Part shown: piece after piece, positions 45,656 to 55,714 of the stretch | How the letters are laid out: every line of letters begins with the position of its first letter | How positions within the stretch are numbered: position 1 is the first letter of the stretch | Source of the DNA: an uncultured candidatus Brocadiaceae bacterium | GTDB lineage: Bacteria; Planctomycetota; Brocadiia; SM23-32 | Length of the DNA stretch: 64,000 bases | NCBI GenBank assembly: GCA_964448935.1 | Contig: CAYVBE010000001.1 | Coordinates: 9,422 to 73,421, forward strand | Direction of reading: 5' to 3' | The notes under the pieces: generated by a model | Seen by the model: only the letters and a program-made list of their open reading frames with translations | Databases searched by the model: none | Told to the model about the DNA's origin: nothing | Program-made: the position numbers and the translations under genes

Positions 45656-46079
45656 CGGGACCTTCGCCTCCCTCCGTGCCGTCGCGTCCGTAGGAGATGA
45701 TGTCGAACTTGCCTTGCGCGCCGGGGTAGATGTAGTCGTATTCGTTGCCCCAGGGGTCGCGCGGGACGGCTTCCAGGTATCCGCCCTCGGGCCAGTCGGT
45801 GACGCGCTCGTCCTCCGGCGGGGTGACCAGGGCCTCCAGCCCCTGCTGCGTGGAGGGGTAGAAGTTATTGTCCTGGTAGAACAACTCCAGGGCATCCTTC
45901 AGCTCCTGTATCTGGATGCGGGCGATGCGGGTCTTCGCGCGTTCGAGCTGCCCGCTGACCACGGTGACCACGATCCCGGCGATGAGGCCGAGTATGAGCA
46001 CGACGGTCATGACCTCCAGCAGCGTCAGGCCCTCCCGCCGCCACAGGCTCAGGCGTCCGGTGTCTTCTTTTCTTCTCAT
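45609..46079 (-). CDS. gspG: type II secretion major pseudopilin GspG
   Basis: ...[24 protein letters not shown] plus the GspG signature [41 protein letters not shown]. Confidence 0.92.
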   Translation of the reverse strand: [156 protein letters not shown]

Positions 46080-46102
46080 TAAAACTGCTCCGGTTTACGG
46101 TG

Positions 46103-47311
46103 TCAGATGTTGCTCAGTTCCAGAATCGTCATCATAAGCGACAGGGCGATGAACCCCACCACGGCGGCCATAATCAGCACCAGCACGGGCTCCAGGACCG
46201 TCAGCAGCCGCCGTGAGGCGATTTCCACCTCCAGGTCGTAGGACTCCGAGACGTGTTCGAGCACTTCTTCCAGGTTTCCGCTGCGCTCTCCGACGGCCAC
46301 CATGTAGCCCACCATGGGCGGAAACAGCCGGCTCTCGCGCATCTGCGAGGACATGTCCTTGCCCTCCACCACGGCCTGTCGTATCTGGTCTATCTCCCGG
46401 CGCAGTATCTCGTTGGGCGTCAGCGAGGCCAGCGTCTCCAGCGCCTCCAGCGCGGGCACACCGGTGCGCAGCAGCGTGGAGAAGGACATGCTGAAGCGGC
46501 CCAGCAGGCTCTTCTTCACCAGCTTTCCGATGAGCGGGATGCGCAGCACCAGCCGGTCCAGGAAGATTCGGCCCCGTTCGGTGCGCCGCGCCCAGGCCAG
46601 AGCCAGGAAGAGGAGCGCCGCGAGCGGCAGCGCCAGCCAGATGTAAGTGCGCACGAATCCGCTGGCCGCGAAAAGCATGGACGAAGTGATGGGCAGCCCG
46701 CCCTGATGCTGTGAGAGCAACGGCTGCAGCATGGGCACCACGACGGCCGAGAGGAAGATGATGAGCGCCACGGCCATGACGACGAGGATGGAGGGGTAGA
46801 TCAGGGCGGTGGCCACTTGTGAGCGCAGCATGCGTCGGCGCTCCAAAAAATCCGCCAGCCGCCGGAACACCACGTCCATCATGCCGCTCTTCTCGGCGGA
46901 GGTTACCATCTCGATGTAGGCGCGATCGAAGAAGCGGGGATAGTTCCCGAGCGCTTCGGCCAGGGAGAGTCCGGAATTGACCGCCTCGCGCGCCTCCAGC
47001 AGGGCGCGGGAGAGGCCCTTGTGCTCCACCTGCCGGCTCAGCACGTCCAGGGCCTCGGCAATGGGCACACCGCTGGCCAGAAGCACCGCGAACTGGCGCG
47101 TGAAGATGGTGACGTGCTGCGCCGCCCGCGCGCCGGCGCCGGGCAGCACGGCGGGCAGGCCGCCGCCTCCGCTCTCGGCGGGCTCGACCTTTTGGGGGAA
47201 CAGCTCCATGGAGCGCAACTGCCGGCGGGCGTCCATGGGGTTGTCCGCCACCAACATGCCGCGCACCACGTCGCCGGATTCGTTGACTGCCTTGTAGCGG
47301 AAGCTGGCCAT
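46103..47311 (-). CDS. gspF: type II secretion inner-membrane platform protein GspF
   Basis: FRYKAVNESGDVVRG..., two GspF/PilC repeats (...TRQFAVLLASGVPIAEALDVL... and ...FSTLLRTGVPALEALETLA...). The start is trimmed to the ATG at 47311 (MASFRYKA), 2 nt after the gspE stop. Confidence 0.92.
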   Translation of the reverse strand: MASFRYKAVNESGDVVRGMLVADNPMDARRQLRSMELFPQKVEPAESGGGGLPAVLPGAGARAAQHVTIFTRQFAVLLASGVPIAEALDVLSRQVEHKGLSRALLEAREAVNSGLSLAEALGNYPRFFDRAYIEMVTSAEKSGMMDVVFRRLADFLERRRMLRSQVATALIYPSILVVMAVALIIFLSAVVVPMLQPLLSQHQGGLPITSSMLFAASGFVRTYIWLALPLAALLFLALAWARRTERGRIFLDRLVLRIPLIGKLVKKSLLGRFSMSFSTLLRTGVPALEALETLASLTPNEILRREIDQIRQAVVEGKDMSSQMRESRLFPPMVGYMVAVGERSGNLEEVLEHVSESYDLEVEIASRRLLTVLEPVLVLIMAAVVGFIALSLMMTILELSNI

Positions 47312-47313
47312 GG

Positions 47314-49080
47314 TCAGGAGGAATCCCGCTGAGTCACACGCAGCACCTCTTCCACCGTTGTCACGCCGGCCATGGCCTTCTGGGCGCCGTCTTCGCGGAG
47401 GACCTTCACGCGGTCGGCCACCACCTTCTGGCGTATCTCGCTGGAGGAGGCGCGGCGGTTGATCAGGCGCTGGCACTGGTCGTCTATGGGCAGCAGCTCG
47501 AAGATGCCGATTCGCCCGCGGTAGCCGGTGCCCAGGCACGCGTCGCAGCCATCGCCGCGCCGGAAAGTGGCGTCGGCCGCCTGCTCCGGCGTGAGGCCCA
47601 GCAGGTCAAGCTGCCCCTGCGAGACCTCGGCGGGGCGCGCGCAGTCCGGGCAGATGCGCCGCACCAGCCGCTGCGCCAGCACTGCCAGCAGCGCGGAGGA
47701 GATCAGGAACGGCTCCACCCCCAGGTCCAGCAGGCGTGCGATGGCGCCCGCCGCGTCGTTGGTGTGCAGGGTGCTGAACATCAAGTGTCCGGTCAGCGAG
47801 CTCTGCACGGCCATCGAGGCGGTCTCGCCATCGCGAATCTCGCCGATCATGATGATGTCCGGGTCCTGTCGCACGATGGAGCGCAGCATGGAGCCGAAGG
47901 TCACGTTCTTGCGCGCCTGCACCTGTATCTGGCTCACGCCGTCCAGCTTGTATTCCACCGGGTCCTCGATGGTGATGATGTTCATTTCGGGGGAGTTGAT
48001 CTCCATCAGCGATGCGTAGAGCGTGGTGCTCTTGCCGCTGCCGGTGGGCCCGGTGACCAGGATCATGCCGTGGGAGTAGCGGATGAGTTCTTTGAAGGTG
48101 GCCAGGTTCTCCCGATCCAGGCCGAGTTCTTCGAGGGTCAGCAGCTTCTCCTGCTTGTCCAGCAGCCGCAGGACCGCGCGCTCGCCATCGCTGGTGGGCA
48201 CCACGGACATGCGGACGTCAATCTCCCGGTCGGCGTATCGGAACGATGCCCGCCCGTCCTGCGGCGCCCGGCGCTCGGCGATGTCCATCTTGCCCAGCAC
48301 CTTGATGCGCGACATGATGCCGTCGCGGGCGGAGCGCGGCAGGTCCAGGATGTCGTGCAGGATGCCGTCCGTGCGGAAGCGCACGCGCAGGCGGTCGCCC
48401 ATGGGCTGGAAGTGGATGTCGGTGCTGCCGGTGCGGACCGCCTGGGCGATGAGCAGGGAGACGAGTTTCACCACGGGAGCCTTGCGCATCAGCTCGCCGA
48501 AGTCGGTCACCCGCTCGACTTGCGCCACGCTCTCGGCCAGCTCCTCGTCGGTCAACTCCCCGGCGGCGCTTTCCAGATATTCCGGCCGCTGCCGCACGGA
48601 CCTGTCCACGCAGTCCGCCACCTCGGAGGCGGGGGCCAGGCGGCAGGATACCGGCACGCGGAACAGCCCGCCCATCTCGCCGATTATCTGTCCGATGTCG
48701 GGGCCGGGCGCCAGGGCCAGCTCCAGTCGCTCGTCCGTCAGGGCGGTGGCGCAGACCCCTTCGCGTCGGGCGTACTCCGGCGGCACGCGCTCGAAGAAGC
48801 CCTCTGGCACGACGCAGCCCGCCAGGCTCTCCTCGCAGGGCATGCCCAGGTAGCGGGCCAGCGCGGGCAGCAGGTCCTCCTCCGGGATGCCGCCTTCTTC
48901 CATAATGATGGTGACGGCGGGGTGCCAGTCCTTGCGCATCTGCTCGCGCAGCCGCTCCGCCTCGGCCGGCGTGATGACCTCCTCGGTCAGCAGCGCGTCT
49001 ATGAGGGTGGCGTCTCTGGCGGTTGTGCTGGAAATGGCTTGATATCCCTTCCGGTTATTCCTCGGTCTTGTTCTCGTCAC
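47314..49080 (-). CDS. gspE: type II secretion ATPase GspE
   Basis: GSPII_E N-domain. Walker A LVTGPTGSGKSTTL. Asp box, His box, and C-terminal tetracysteine CPDC...CDAC... zinc motif. Confidence 0.93.
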   Translation of the reverse strand: MTRTRPRNNRKGYQAISSTTARDATLIDALLTEEVITPAEAERLREQMRKDWHPAVTIIMEEGGIPEEDLLPALARYLGMPCEESLAGCVVPEGFFERVPPEYARREGVCATALTDERLELALAPGPDIGQIIGEMGGLFRVPVSCRLAPASEVADCVDRSVRQRPEYLESAAGELTDEELAESVAQVERVTDFGELMRKAPVVKLVSLLIAQAVRTGSTDIHFQPMGDRLRVRFRTDGILHDILDLPRSARDGIMSRIKVLGKMDIAERRAPQDGRASFRYADREIDVRMSVVPTSDGERAVLRLLDKQEKLLTLEELGLDRENLATFKELIRYSHGMILVTGPTGSGKSTTLYASLMEINSPEMNIITIEDPVEYKLDGVSQIQVQARKNVTFGSMLRSIVRQDPDIIMIGEIRDGETASMAVQSSLTGHLMFSTLHTNDAAGAIARLLDLGVEPFLISSALLAVLAQRLVRRICPDCARPAEVSQGQLDLLGLTPEQAADATFRRGDGCDACLGTGYRGRIGIFELLPIDDQCQRLINRRASSSEIRQKVVADRVKVLREDGAQKAMAGVTTVEEVLRVTQRDSS

Positions 49081-51010
49081 GGCCCTCGGGTGTCGGCACG
49101 GCTTCGGAGGGCAGCATGGCTCCCTTTTCCTCCGCTTTGTCCGCCAGTTCCTGACGGCGCCGGCGTGCTTCGGCAGTCATGGTCTCCGCCGTTCTGTGCA
49201 CGGTCGGTGTGATGAAGATGCAGAGGTGCCGTTCCTCATCGGTCTCGACCGTGCGCCGGAACAGGGCGCCCAGGATGGGAATGCGACCCAGGATGGGGAT
49301 GGCGCGGACCGTCTTGGACTTGGTGGTGCGGGTCAGGCCCCCGAAGACCACCGTGTTGCCGTCCGGCACAGTGACTTCGGTCTCGGCCGTCCGCTCGGTC
49401 TTGTTGGTCAGTCTGATCCCCTCCGAGGTGGTGGTGCTGGGCAGGAACTGGTCTACTTCGGTAAGCACCTTCAGCCGCACGGTGCCCTCGTCGTTGATGT
49501 GAGGGGTGATCTCCAGGTTGATGTTGGCCTCGTGGAAGCCGCCGCTGGTGATCTCCCGCGTTCCGGCCTCCGGGGAGAGGATGCTCTTGGCGAACTCCCG
49601 CTTCTCGGCGATTGTGACGGAGGCAGCCTTGTTGTCCACCGTTGTGATACGCGGGCCGGCCACGAAGGAGATGCCCTCGTCCTTCTGCGAAGCCCGGACC
49701 AGAGCGGCTATCTTGGTGGCCTCGTCCTTGAATATACCGGCCGTCAGTCCGCCCTCCGTCGGGGGTATGGGGACTCGGCCTGCCGTGGTGAGTTCGGACA
49801 GGCCGAAGGTGGTGCCGCCGAAGCCCCGAGGGTCGTCACTCGGTCCGTCTATGGAGTTCAGCTCGATTCCGATGTCCATCAGCCGGTTGGTACTGATTTC
49901 GATCAGCACCGCCTCGATCTCCACCTGAGCCCTGGGCCTGTCCAGGTCTTCCAGCAGGGGCAGCAGTTCCTGGTAGCGCGGCTGCGTGGCGATGAGGATC
50001 AGCGCGCTGTTGGCCGCGTCCGCGATGATCTCCAGGGGCTCGCGCGCGGCGCCGCGTACCTCGCCCTCGGGGTTGCTGGCGTTCAGGACCGCGTCCAGCG
50101 TCTGTTTCAGGTCGTCCACGTCGCGGTTCAGCACGTTGTAGATGTGGTACTGCCGCGCGGATTCGTCCGGCTTCACGTCGAAGGTCTCGATGTACTTCAC
50201 GATGCGGGGTATGTCCTGCGGGTCGCCCAGGAGCACCAGGGAGTTGCGCGGGCGGTTCAGGGTGATGGAGAACTGCTCCAGCCGCTTCTTCAGCGCCGGG
50301 CTGGCCTGGCTCTTCAGGCTGTTCAGGTAGTCGGTGGCCACCGTGTGCAGGGTCTCCACGGAGCTCTGCTGTGCCTGGTAGACCCGGTGGGTTAGCTCGC
50401 CGTCGCTGCGATCGAGCTGACGGATGAGCGCGCGCATGGCGGACACGTTGACGCCGTGATCGGTGATGACGAGCTGGTTGAGGTCCGGATAGGGCTGGAT
50501 CTTCCCTGCGGCCGACTTCAGGGGGGTCAGGACGCCGGTGAGGGCCTGGGCGTCGGCGTTCTTCAGCTCCACGGTCACGGTGCGGATGGCGTCGCTCTGC
50601 AGACCCGCTGCGGCCTCTTCGCCCACGGGCAGTCCGTCCGCCTTGCCGGACGGGGCGATCTCTATGTAGCCGCCGCGGTCCAGCACGGTGTAGCCGGCCT
50701 TGCGCAGCACGCCGCTGAAGACGCCCATGGCCTTCTCACGGGAGACCTGCACCCCGGCGCCGCTGACCACGTCCACCGGGGCCTCGCCCGGAAAGCGCTC
50801 GGGCAGCAGGACGGGCTTGCCGGTCTGCTGGCTCAGAAACTCGATCACCGAACTCAACGTCACCCCGGAGAGCGTGATCTGGTATCCCTCTTCGCCTTCC
50901 GCGGGCTGCGCGGTGTCCGGCGGCCCGTTTTCCTCCGCCGAGTGGACGCGGAAGGGCGCATGCATCAGGGCCAGAAGTGCCAGGAAGACGAGCGGACCGG
51001 TCTTTCTCAT
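49055..51010 (-). CDS. gspD: type II secretion outer-membrane secretin GspD
   Basis: Signal peptide, N0/N1-type domains, and secretin core ...VQVEIEAVLIEISTN...VVFGGL...VRAIPILGRIPILGALFR. Confidence 0.9.
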   Translation of the reverse strand: MRKTGPLVFLALLALMHAPFRVHSAEENGPPDTAQPAEGEEGYQITLSGVTLSSVIEFLSQQTGKPVLLPERFPGEAPVDVVSGAGVQVSREKAMGVFSGVLRKAGYTVLDRGGYIEIAPSGKADGLPVGEEAAAGLQSDAIRTVTVELKNADAQALTGVLTPLKSAAGKIQPYPDLNQLVITDHGVNVSAMRALIRQLDRSDGELTHRVYQAQQSSVETLHTVATDYLNSLKSQASPALKKRLEQFSITLNRPRNSLVLLGDPQDIPRIVKYIETFDVKPDESARQYHIYNVLNRDVDDLKQTLDAVLNASNPEGEVRGAAREPLEIIADAANSALILIATQPRYQELLPLLEDLDRPRAQVEIEAVLIEISTNRLMDIGIELNSIDGPSDDPRGFGGTTFGLSELTTAGRVPIPPTEGGLTAGIFKDEATKIAALVRASQKDEGISFVAGPRITTVDNKAASVTIAEKREFAKSILSPEAGTREITSGGFHEANINLEITPHINDEGTVRLKVLTEVDQFLPSTTTSEGIRLTNKTERTAETEVTVPDGNTVVFGGLTRTTKSKTVRAIPILGRIPILGALFRRTVETDEERHLCIFITPTVHRTAETMTAEARRRRQELADKAEEKGAMLPSEAVPTPEGRDENKTEE

Positions 51011-51933
51011 GATTGTTCCTCCTCTATGGCGCGGCTCACATAAAGCACGCTGACGGTGGCCTCCTCCCGCCGGACGAACGCCGTCAAAGCGGTCACCATG
51101 CCCGGATGCGATCCCCGCACCCGCACCGTGAAGTACCGGCTGGCCACGTCCAGCGCGGGCACAAGTTGCCGCACCAACTGCGGCGCGTCCAGCATGGTCA
51201 GAAATGCCTCCAAATCTTCCCGCGTCTCAAACGGCTGCTCCTCCCGGCGCTTCAGCAGCCGGGCGGTCACCTGGTCGTCGCTCCACAGGGAGTTCAGCAC
51301 CTCCCGCGGCGCGGTGTTGACGTTGACCCGCAGCGGGTGCGACGTCAGCAGTCGCAGCAGCGACGGCTTGTCCGATCCTTCCACAAACAGGTCCGTCGTG
51401 ACCACGGGCGCCCGCAGCACCTCGGAGGCCCGCAGCACGGGCTCCCGTGCTGCCACCCATTGCCGGAGGGCCCGGTAATCCTGGTCCCCGCCGCCGGCCT
51501 GCAGCACGGCCCGGTACAGCGCAGGGCGCAGGTCGGGGTAGACGCGTGAGTCCCGAGGGTTGCGGGCCGCACGGTTGACGTTCAGCAGGCGGTCTTCGTC
51601 CCATATCCGGAAAACGCACGTCACCCCGCCGATCTCGATCGAATGCTCGGGCTCCGCCCAGAGTTCATCCAGCGAGTCGAATTCGTTCTCCTCCGCGTCC
51701 TCCTTCAGCATTGCCAGAGCGTACTGCAATGCCGACTCCACCGCGCGCCCGCGCCGGAAGCCGTCGCGCGCATTCAGCGCGGTTCGACGGCTGACGCCGG
51801 CAGCATAGCTGAGCGCGTAGCCCACCAGGGCCACCACGGCCAGCACCAGCACGGTCATGATCAGCACCAGGCCGCCCCTACCGCCCGACGGACGGCGACG
51901 CTGCCCGGGCCGAAAGGGTAATCTCTGCATCAA
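51007..51933 (-). CDS. gspK: type II secretion minor pseudopilin GspK-like
   Basis: N-terminal hydrophobic GGLVLIMTVLVLAVVALV, and the central ...LRVNVNTAPREVLNSL helix-hairpin-helix-like segment characteristic of GspK. Confidence 0.7.
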   Translation of the reverse strand: MMQRLPFRPGQRRRPSGGRGGLVLIMTVLVLAVVALVGYALSYAAGVSRRTALNARDGFRRGRAVESALQYALAMLKEDAEENEFDSLDELWAEPEHSIEIGGVTCVFRIWDEDRLLNVNRAARNPRDSRVYPDLRPALYRAVLQAGGGDQDYRALRQWVAAREPVLRASEVLRAPVVTTDLFVEGSDKPSLLRLLTSHPLRVNVNTAPREVLNSLWSDDQVTARLLKRREEQPFETREDLEAFLTMLDAPQLVRQLVPALDVASRYFTVRVRGSHPGMVTALTAFVRREEATVSVLYVSRAIEEEQS

Positions 51934-52411
51934 TCAGTTGCGGCACTTCCTCGTTCGGGGTTATGCGCAGCTTCGTGGTCCGCACCGCCGGGTCCAGTCC
52001 TTCGGTGGCCTGCAGGAACCTCACCAGGGCCTTATGGCTGAGGCCGACCATATCCAGTTCCACCGTCCGCTCCAAAACGCCGTCCTCGGCGGGTCCCGAG
52101 CTGGCCTCCGGGGAGCCGTCAATCCTCTCGCGCACGTTCTCCCGCGCTGCGATCCGGGTGACGGCCCGGATGTCGAACGCCTCCGGGTCCTGCAGGGTCT
52201 GGTTGGCGCGGGCGGCGCGCTCGGTCAATTCCTCGTACTCCGTCGCCATGTTTTGGATCTCGCGGAGCTGCCCGCGGGCTCTCTGCTCCTGGGCGCGCAG
52301 GCGGCTCAGCCTCACCCACAGGGCTCCCTCCGCCGCCAGGCACACGACCAGCAGGGCGATCAGCGCCGCCGGCAGCCGGTGTTTTCGTGCCCATGCAAGC
52401 ATCGGAGTCAC
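51878..52411 (-). CDS. gspM: GspM/PilO-like bitopic inner-membrane assembly protein
   Basis: Single N-terminal TM (LPAALIALLVVCLAAEGAL) followed by a coiled-coil and periplasmic domain. Its position between the gspL-like gene and gspK also fits. Confidence 0.55.
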   Translation of the reverse strand: MTPMLAWARKHRLPAALIALLVVCLAAEGALWVRLSRLRAQEQRARGQLREIQNMATEYEELTERAARANQTLQDPEAFDIRAVTRIAARENVRERIDGSPEASSGPAEDGVLERTVELDMVGLSHKALVRFLQATEGLDPAVRTTKLRITPNEEVPQLIDAEITLSARAASPSVGR

Positions 52412-53790
52412 CTGTATTTCAGCGTCATGTCCACACGAACTCGGCCGTCCTGGAGTATCGCGGCCCCCGTGTCCCCGCTGCGCCGGAATCCCGGCGCCGA
52501 GTTCAGGATGCGCTCCAGGTCCACCTCCTGCGGTGCGACGGCCTTCAGCCGGACCCGCTGCTGGTTTATGTCCAGCAGCTCGAAGTCCACGTCCGCCTGA
52601 TTGAGGGCGGACGCCAGGTCATGCCAGCGCTGCAGGCAGGAGACGGTCATCGTCTCTTCAGCCGCCAGCGCGTCGCGCCGCGCTTGCTCGACCGCCGCGT
52701 TGAGCCGGGCATAGGTTGTTACCTCGGGGCCGACCCGGCTGAGCGCCGCGCGCCGGCTTTCCTCCAGGGTCTCAATCCGCCGGCCGGCGTCGAGCATCTG
52801 TCGCACCGTGTAAACGCCGACCAGGCAGACGATCAGAACCAGCAGGGCCAGCGCGACGGCTGCCAGGCGCTCGACCTGCCGGGCGAATGCCTGATGCGCC
52901 AGCTCGCCGCGCCGCAGGTTGACGGCCGTCTCCTTCTCCTTCGCCGCCACCCGTGCCATGCGCCGGGGCACCCCCGGGGCGCCGTCGGCCGGCATCTCTT
53001 CGGCGCGTTCCACCGCCATGCCCAGGGATTCCTGCAGCGGCGCGGCCAGGTCGTCCGTCGAGTTCGAGCGGGTCAGAACCACCCGGTCGGCTTCTTCGCC
53101 GCCATAGGTCAGTCGCGCGGAGCGAAGGGCCAGGCGCGTCCTGTCACATATCTCCCGGACGCCGTCTCCCGCCGCGCGAGCGGCGCCCAGCCACTGGACC
53201 TGGCACGTCAGCGGCCGGCCGTCCCGCACCAGGACGGCCTCGGAATGATCCCCGTCCAGTCGCAGCAGCCACGACTGGCCGGGCTGCGCGTCCCACAGCG
53301 GCTGCGTGGCCGCCACCAGGGCCGGCTGCACCACGGATGGGTCCACGCCCGCCGCCTGAAAGGCGTCCAGCAGGGACCGGATGCGCTCCCGCGGGCAGGC
53401 CGACACCAGCATCCTGGACCCCTCCGCGCCCCACGGCACGATCGGGCCCAAGGGCTCCACCACATACTCCTCGATGGCCGCGGGCAGGCGGCCTTCCAGT
53501 GAGTAGTGCAACGTCTTTTCCACCCGCGACCGGGAGCGGAAAGGGAAACTCACGACCCGGTAAAGGCACCACGCGGAGGGCACGGCCACCGCGACGGTGT
53601 GCCGCCCTCGGCCCACTTCGTCCAGCAGCCGGCCGAGTGGCTCCGACAGGCGCCCGCCGGCCTCGGACGGGTCGCCCAGCGGAGGCGTAACGGGCACTTC
53701 CACCTCCCACTGGGGCTCCCGGTTCCTGCCGAACCGCCCGTAGGCAGCGGCGCGTATCGCGCCCGCCCGTATTTCGATCCCGATGATCAT
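52408..53790 (-). CDS. gspL: GspL-like protein (actin-like cytoplasmic domain, TM helix, periplasmic domain; PilM/PilN-like fusion)
   Basis: N-terminal MIIGIEIRAGAIRAAAY... is an actin/PilM-like fold. Internal TM LAAVALALLVLIVCLVGVY. It is the first gene after the 110-bp AT-richer promoter gap (53791-53900). The start was trimmed to the ATG at 53790. Confidence 0.6.
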   Translation of the reverse strand: MIIGIEIRAGAIRAAAYGRFGRNREPQWEVEVPVTPPLGDPSEAGGRLSEPLGRLLDEVGRGRHTVAVAVPSAWCLYRVVSFPFRSRSRVEKTLHYSLEGRLPAAIEEYVVEPLGPIVPWGAEGSRMLVSACPRERIRSLLDAFQAAGVDPSVVQPALVAATQPLWDAQPGQSWLLRLDGDHSEAVLVRDGRPLTCQVQWLGAARAAGDGVREICDRTRLALRSARLTYGGEEADRVVLTRSNSTDDLAAPLQESLGMAVERAEEMPADGAPGVPRRMARVAAKEKETAVNLRRGELAHQAFARQVERLAAVALALLVLIVCLVGVYTVRQMLDAGRRIETLEESRRAALSRVGPEVTTYARLNAAVEQARRDALAAEETMTVSCLQRWHDLASALNQADVDFELLDINQQRVRLKAVAPQEVDLERILNSAPGFRRSGDTGAAILQDGRVRVDMTLKYR

Positions 53791-53900
53791 CTTGTCCCAG
53801 CCGGCCCTGTTGTCCCTGTTATCTGCATGTAGAACAATAACATACGATTGCCCGCGCCGCAACCATCCGTTCGGCGATTGCGGGCCGCTGCGCACACCGG

Positions 53901-55520
53901 TCAGGGGGCGTTCAGCCGCTGGTGGCGCAATGCGCGCGACACCGGCCCCAGCGGCACCGTAACGGCCGCGTGGACGCCTTCCGCCGACGACACGCGGACG
54001 GCGGCGGTCACGCCGCGCGGCACCGGCGCAATGGCCTGCGCAGGGACGCCGGCCAGCGCGAACCACCGCTCCAGACCCTCCGGCGCGACGTAGACCAGTG
54101 CCTGAGGCCGCTCGGGCATGCCCTCGATGGAGGCGTTGAATCGCGCCTCGTCCCGCAGCGAAAAACGCCCGCTGTCCCCGAGCGCCCGTATCTGGCGGAC
54201 GCGTCTCAGGGACTCTGCGCCCACCAGCAGCGTGGTGCGTTCTTGGCCCGCATCCAGGGCGGCCTTCGCATCCTGGCCCAGCAGCCCGCCGAAGAGGGCG
54301 GCCCAGTTATCGTGCGGCACCACGTCCGCCGTGCGCACGCCGGACATGGTCCGGTCATCCGATTCTTTCGGTTCCAGCGTCAGAGGCAGGGGACGCGCGG
54401 ACGCCGGCGTTTTCGCCAGCGCCTCCCAGAGCCGCGCAGGCCGGCCGGGGTTGCTGCCTGTAGATTGCAGCAGCAACTGGAGGCGCCGGCCGTCCCCGGG
54501 CCGGGGCAGGGCAGCCAGCACCTCGGCCGCCGGCTCCTCCGGCGCCTCGCTGTCTCCCAGAACCTGCCTCAGGCGGTTCAGCGGAGCCCTCAGCAGTTGG
54601 CGACCCGCCCGGAATCGGTGCAGCAGTGCGATGATGGCGTCGTCGGGACAGCGGTGCAGTGCGTCCAGGGAGCCGCGGGGCTGCAGCCCCAAAAGCACGG
54701 ACAGCAGCGACCCCTGCAGGGGAGCCGCGCGGACGCCCAACAGGGCGCGCTCGTCGGTCAGGTCAATCCACATCTCGGCGCGGTCCACCTGGCGGGCGAT
54801 CAGGAAAGCCCTGTCGAGCTGCGCCTGGAACTCGGCCGTCTCTCCGGCGGTGGCTTCGGGCACGAAAGGCCGGTGCAGCGTCGCCTCCATCCGTTCCTTC
54901 ATAAGCTGTATCTGACGTTCCACGTCGGCGTCGAAGACCTGCAGGAGCCGTCGGACATCCGCGCGCACGGAGACCTGCCCGCGCCGCGGCCCGGAGAGGG
55001 CCGATCTCTCCACCGCTGCCCAGAATTCTCCCGGAGCGGCGTCGGGGTTGCGGGTGGCGGTGACCAGCGTTCCGCGTTCGCAGACCAGGGCATGACTTCC
55101 GGCCAGCGCTTCGCGCAGCCGGGCGGCGTCGGTCGTTCGGAATCGGAACACCCACGGATCGGCGTGCGTCGCAGGCGCACGGTAGAAGAACTCAACGGGT
55201 TGGGACAGGTCCAGGTACGTGGCGTCCGGCAGGCCCATGTGCGCGGCCAGGGCCTGGGCCAGGTCCGCCGCCTCCGTCCGGCCGTCCGCGGCCCGCAGCG
55301 GGCGGGCAAGCCGTTGCAGAAGATCGGCCGGGTCGGCGATCCTGCCCGCCAGCAGGCATTGCGAGGGGCCGGGCGGGTCGTCTGCGGTCGCCTGTTGCCC
55401 GGGGGTGGGCTGCGCCGCGGCAGCCGACAGCAGCAGGCAGGCGGCGGCCGCCGCAACACGGTAGAACGACCGTCGTCTCCGGGTCCACAGACCGAGCATC
55501 ATGGGCTTCAGGGGGATCAT
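53901..55520 (-). CDS. hypothetical exported protein (possible twin-arginine signal)
   Basis: MIPLKPMMLGLWTRRRRSFYRVAAAAACLLLSAAAAQP leader. Ala/Arg/Leu-rich with no recognisable catalytic motifs. It lies upstream of the T2SS operon on the same strand. Confidence 0.5.
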   Translation of the reverse strand: MIPLKPMMLGLWTRRRRSFYRVAAAAACLLLSAAAAQPTPGQQATADDPPGPSQCLLAGRIADPADLLQRLARPLRAADGRTEAADLAQALAAHMGLPDATYLDLSQPVEFFYRAPATHADPWVFRFRTTDAARLREALAGSHALVCERGTLVTATRNPDAAPGEFWAAVERSALSGPRRGQVSVRADVRRLLQVFDADVERQIQLMKERMEATLHRPFVPEATAGETAEFQAQLDRAFLIARQVDRAEMWIDLTDERALLGVRAAPLQGSLLSVLLGLQPRGSLDALHRCPDDAIIALLHRFRAGRQLLRAPLNRLRQVLGDSEAPEEPAAEVLAALPRPGDGRRLQLLLQSTGSNPGRPARLWEALAKTPASARPLPLTLEPKESDDRTMSGVRTADVVPHDNWAALFGGLLGQDAKAALDAGQERTTLLVGAESLRRVRQIRALGDSGRFSLRDEARFNASIEGMPERPQALVYVAPEGLERWFALAGVPAQAIAPVPRGVTAAVRVSSAEGVHAAVTVPLGPVSRALRHQRLNAP

Positions 55521-55714
55521 GGGAGAACGCCGCACAACTTTGACACGAACATTATAGCCGTACTGCCCCCCAAAGGCCAACACGTGCCCGCCGCAGTCGG
55601 GACGGGCAGCGGCTGAAGTTGCAGTGGGGGGCGGTCCGCGGTACAATGCTCTCAGCCGGCAAACGGGCGCCCCGGCGGGGCTTTGGCACTCTTTGAGGAA
55701 GCGATGGTGACGCA

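Noticed and set aside
53922-55616. 564-aa plus-strand ORF overlapping the secreted hypothetical gene
   Set aside because: Arg/Gly/Pro-rich low complexity. The minus-strand frame has a signal peptide and is co-oriented with the T2SS operon. The call is uncertain but the minus strand is favoured.
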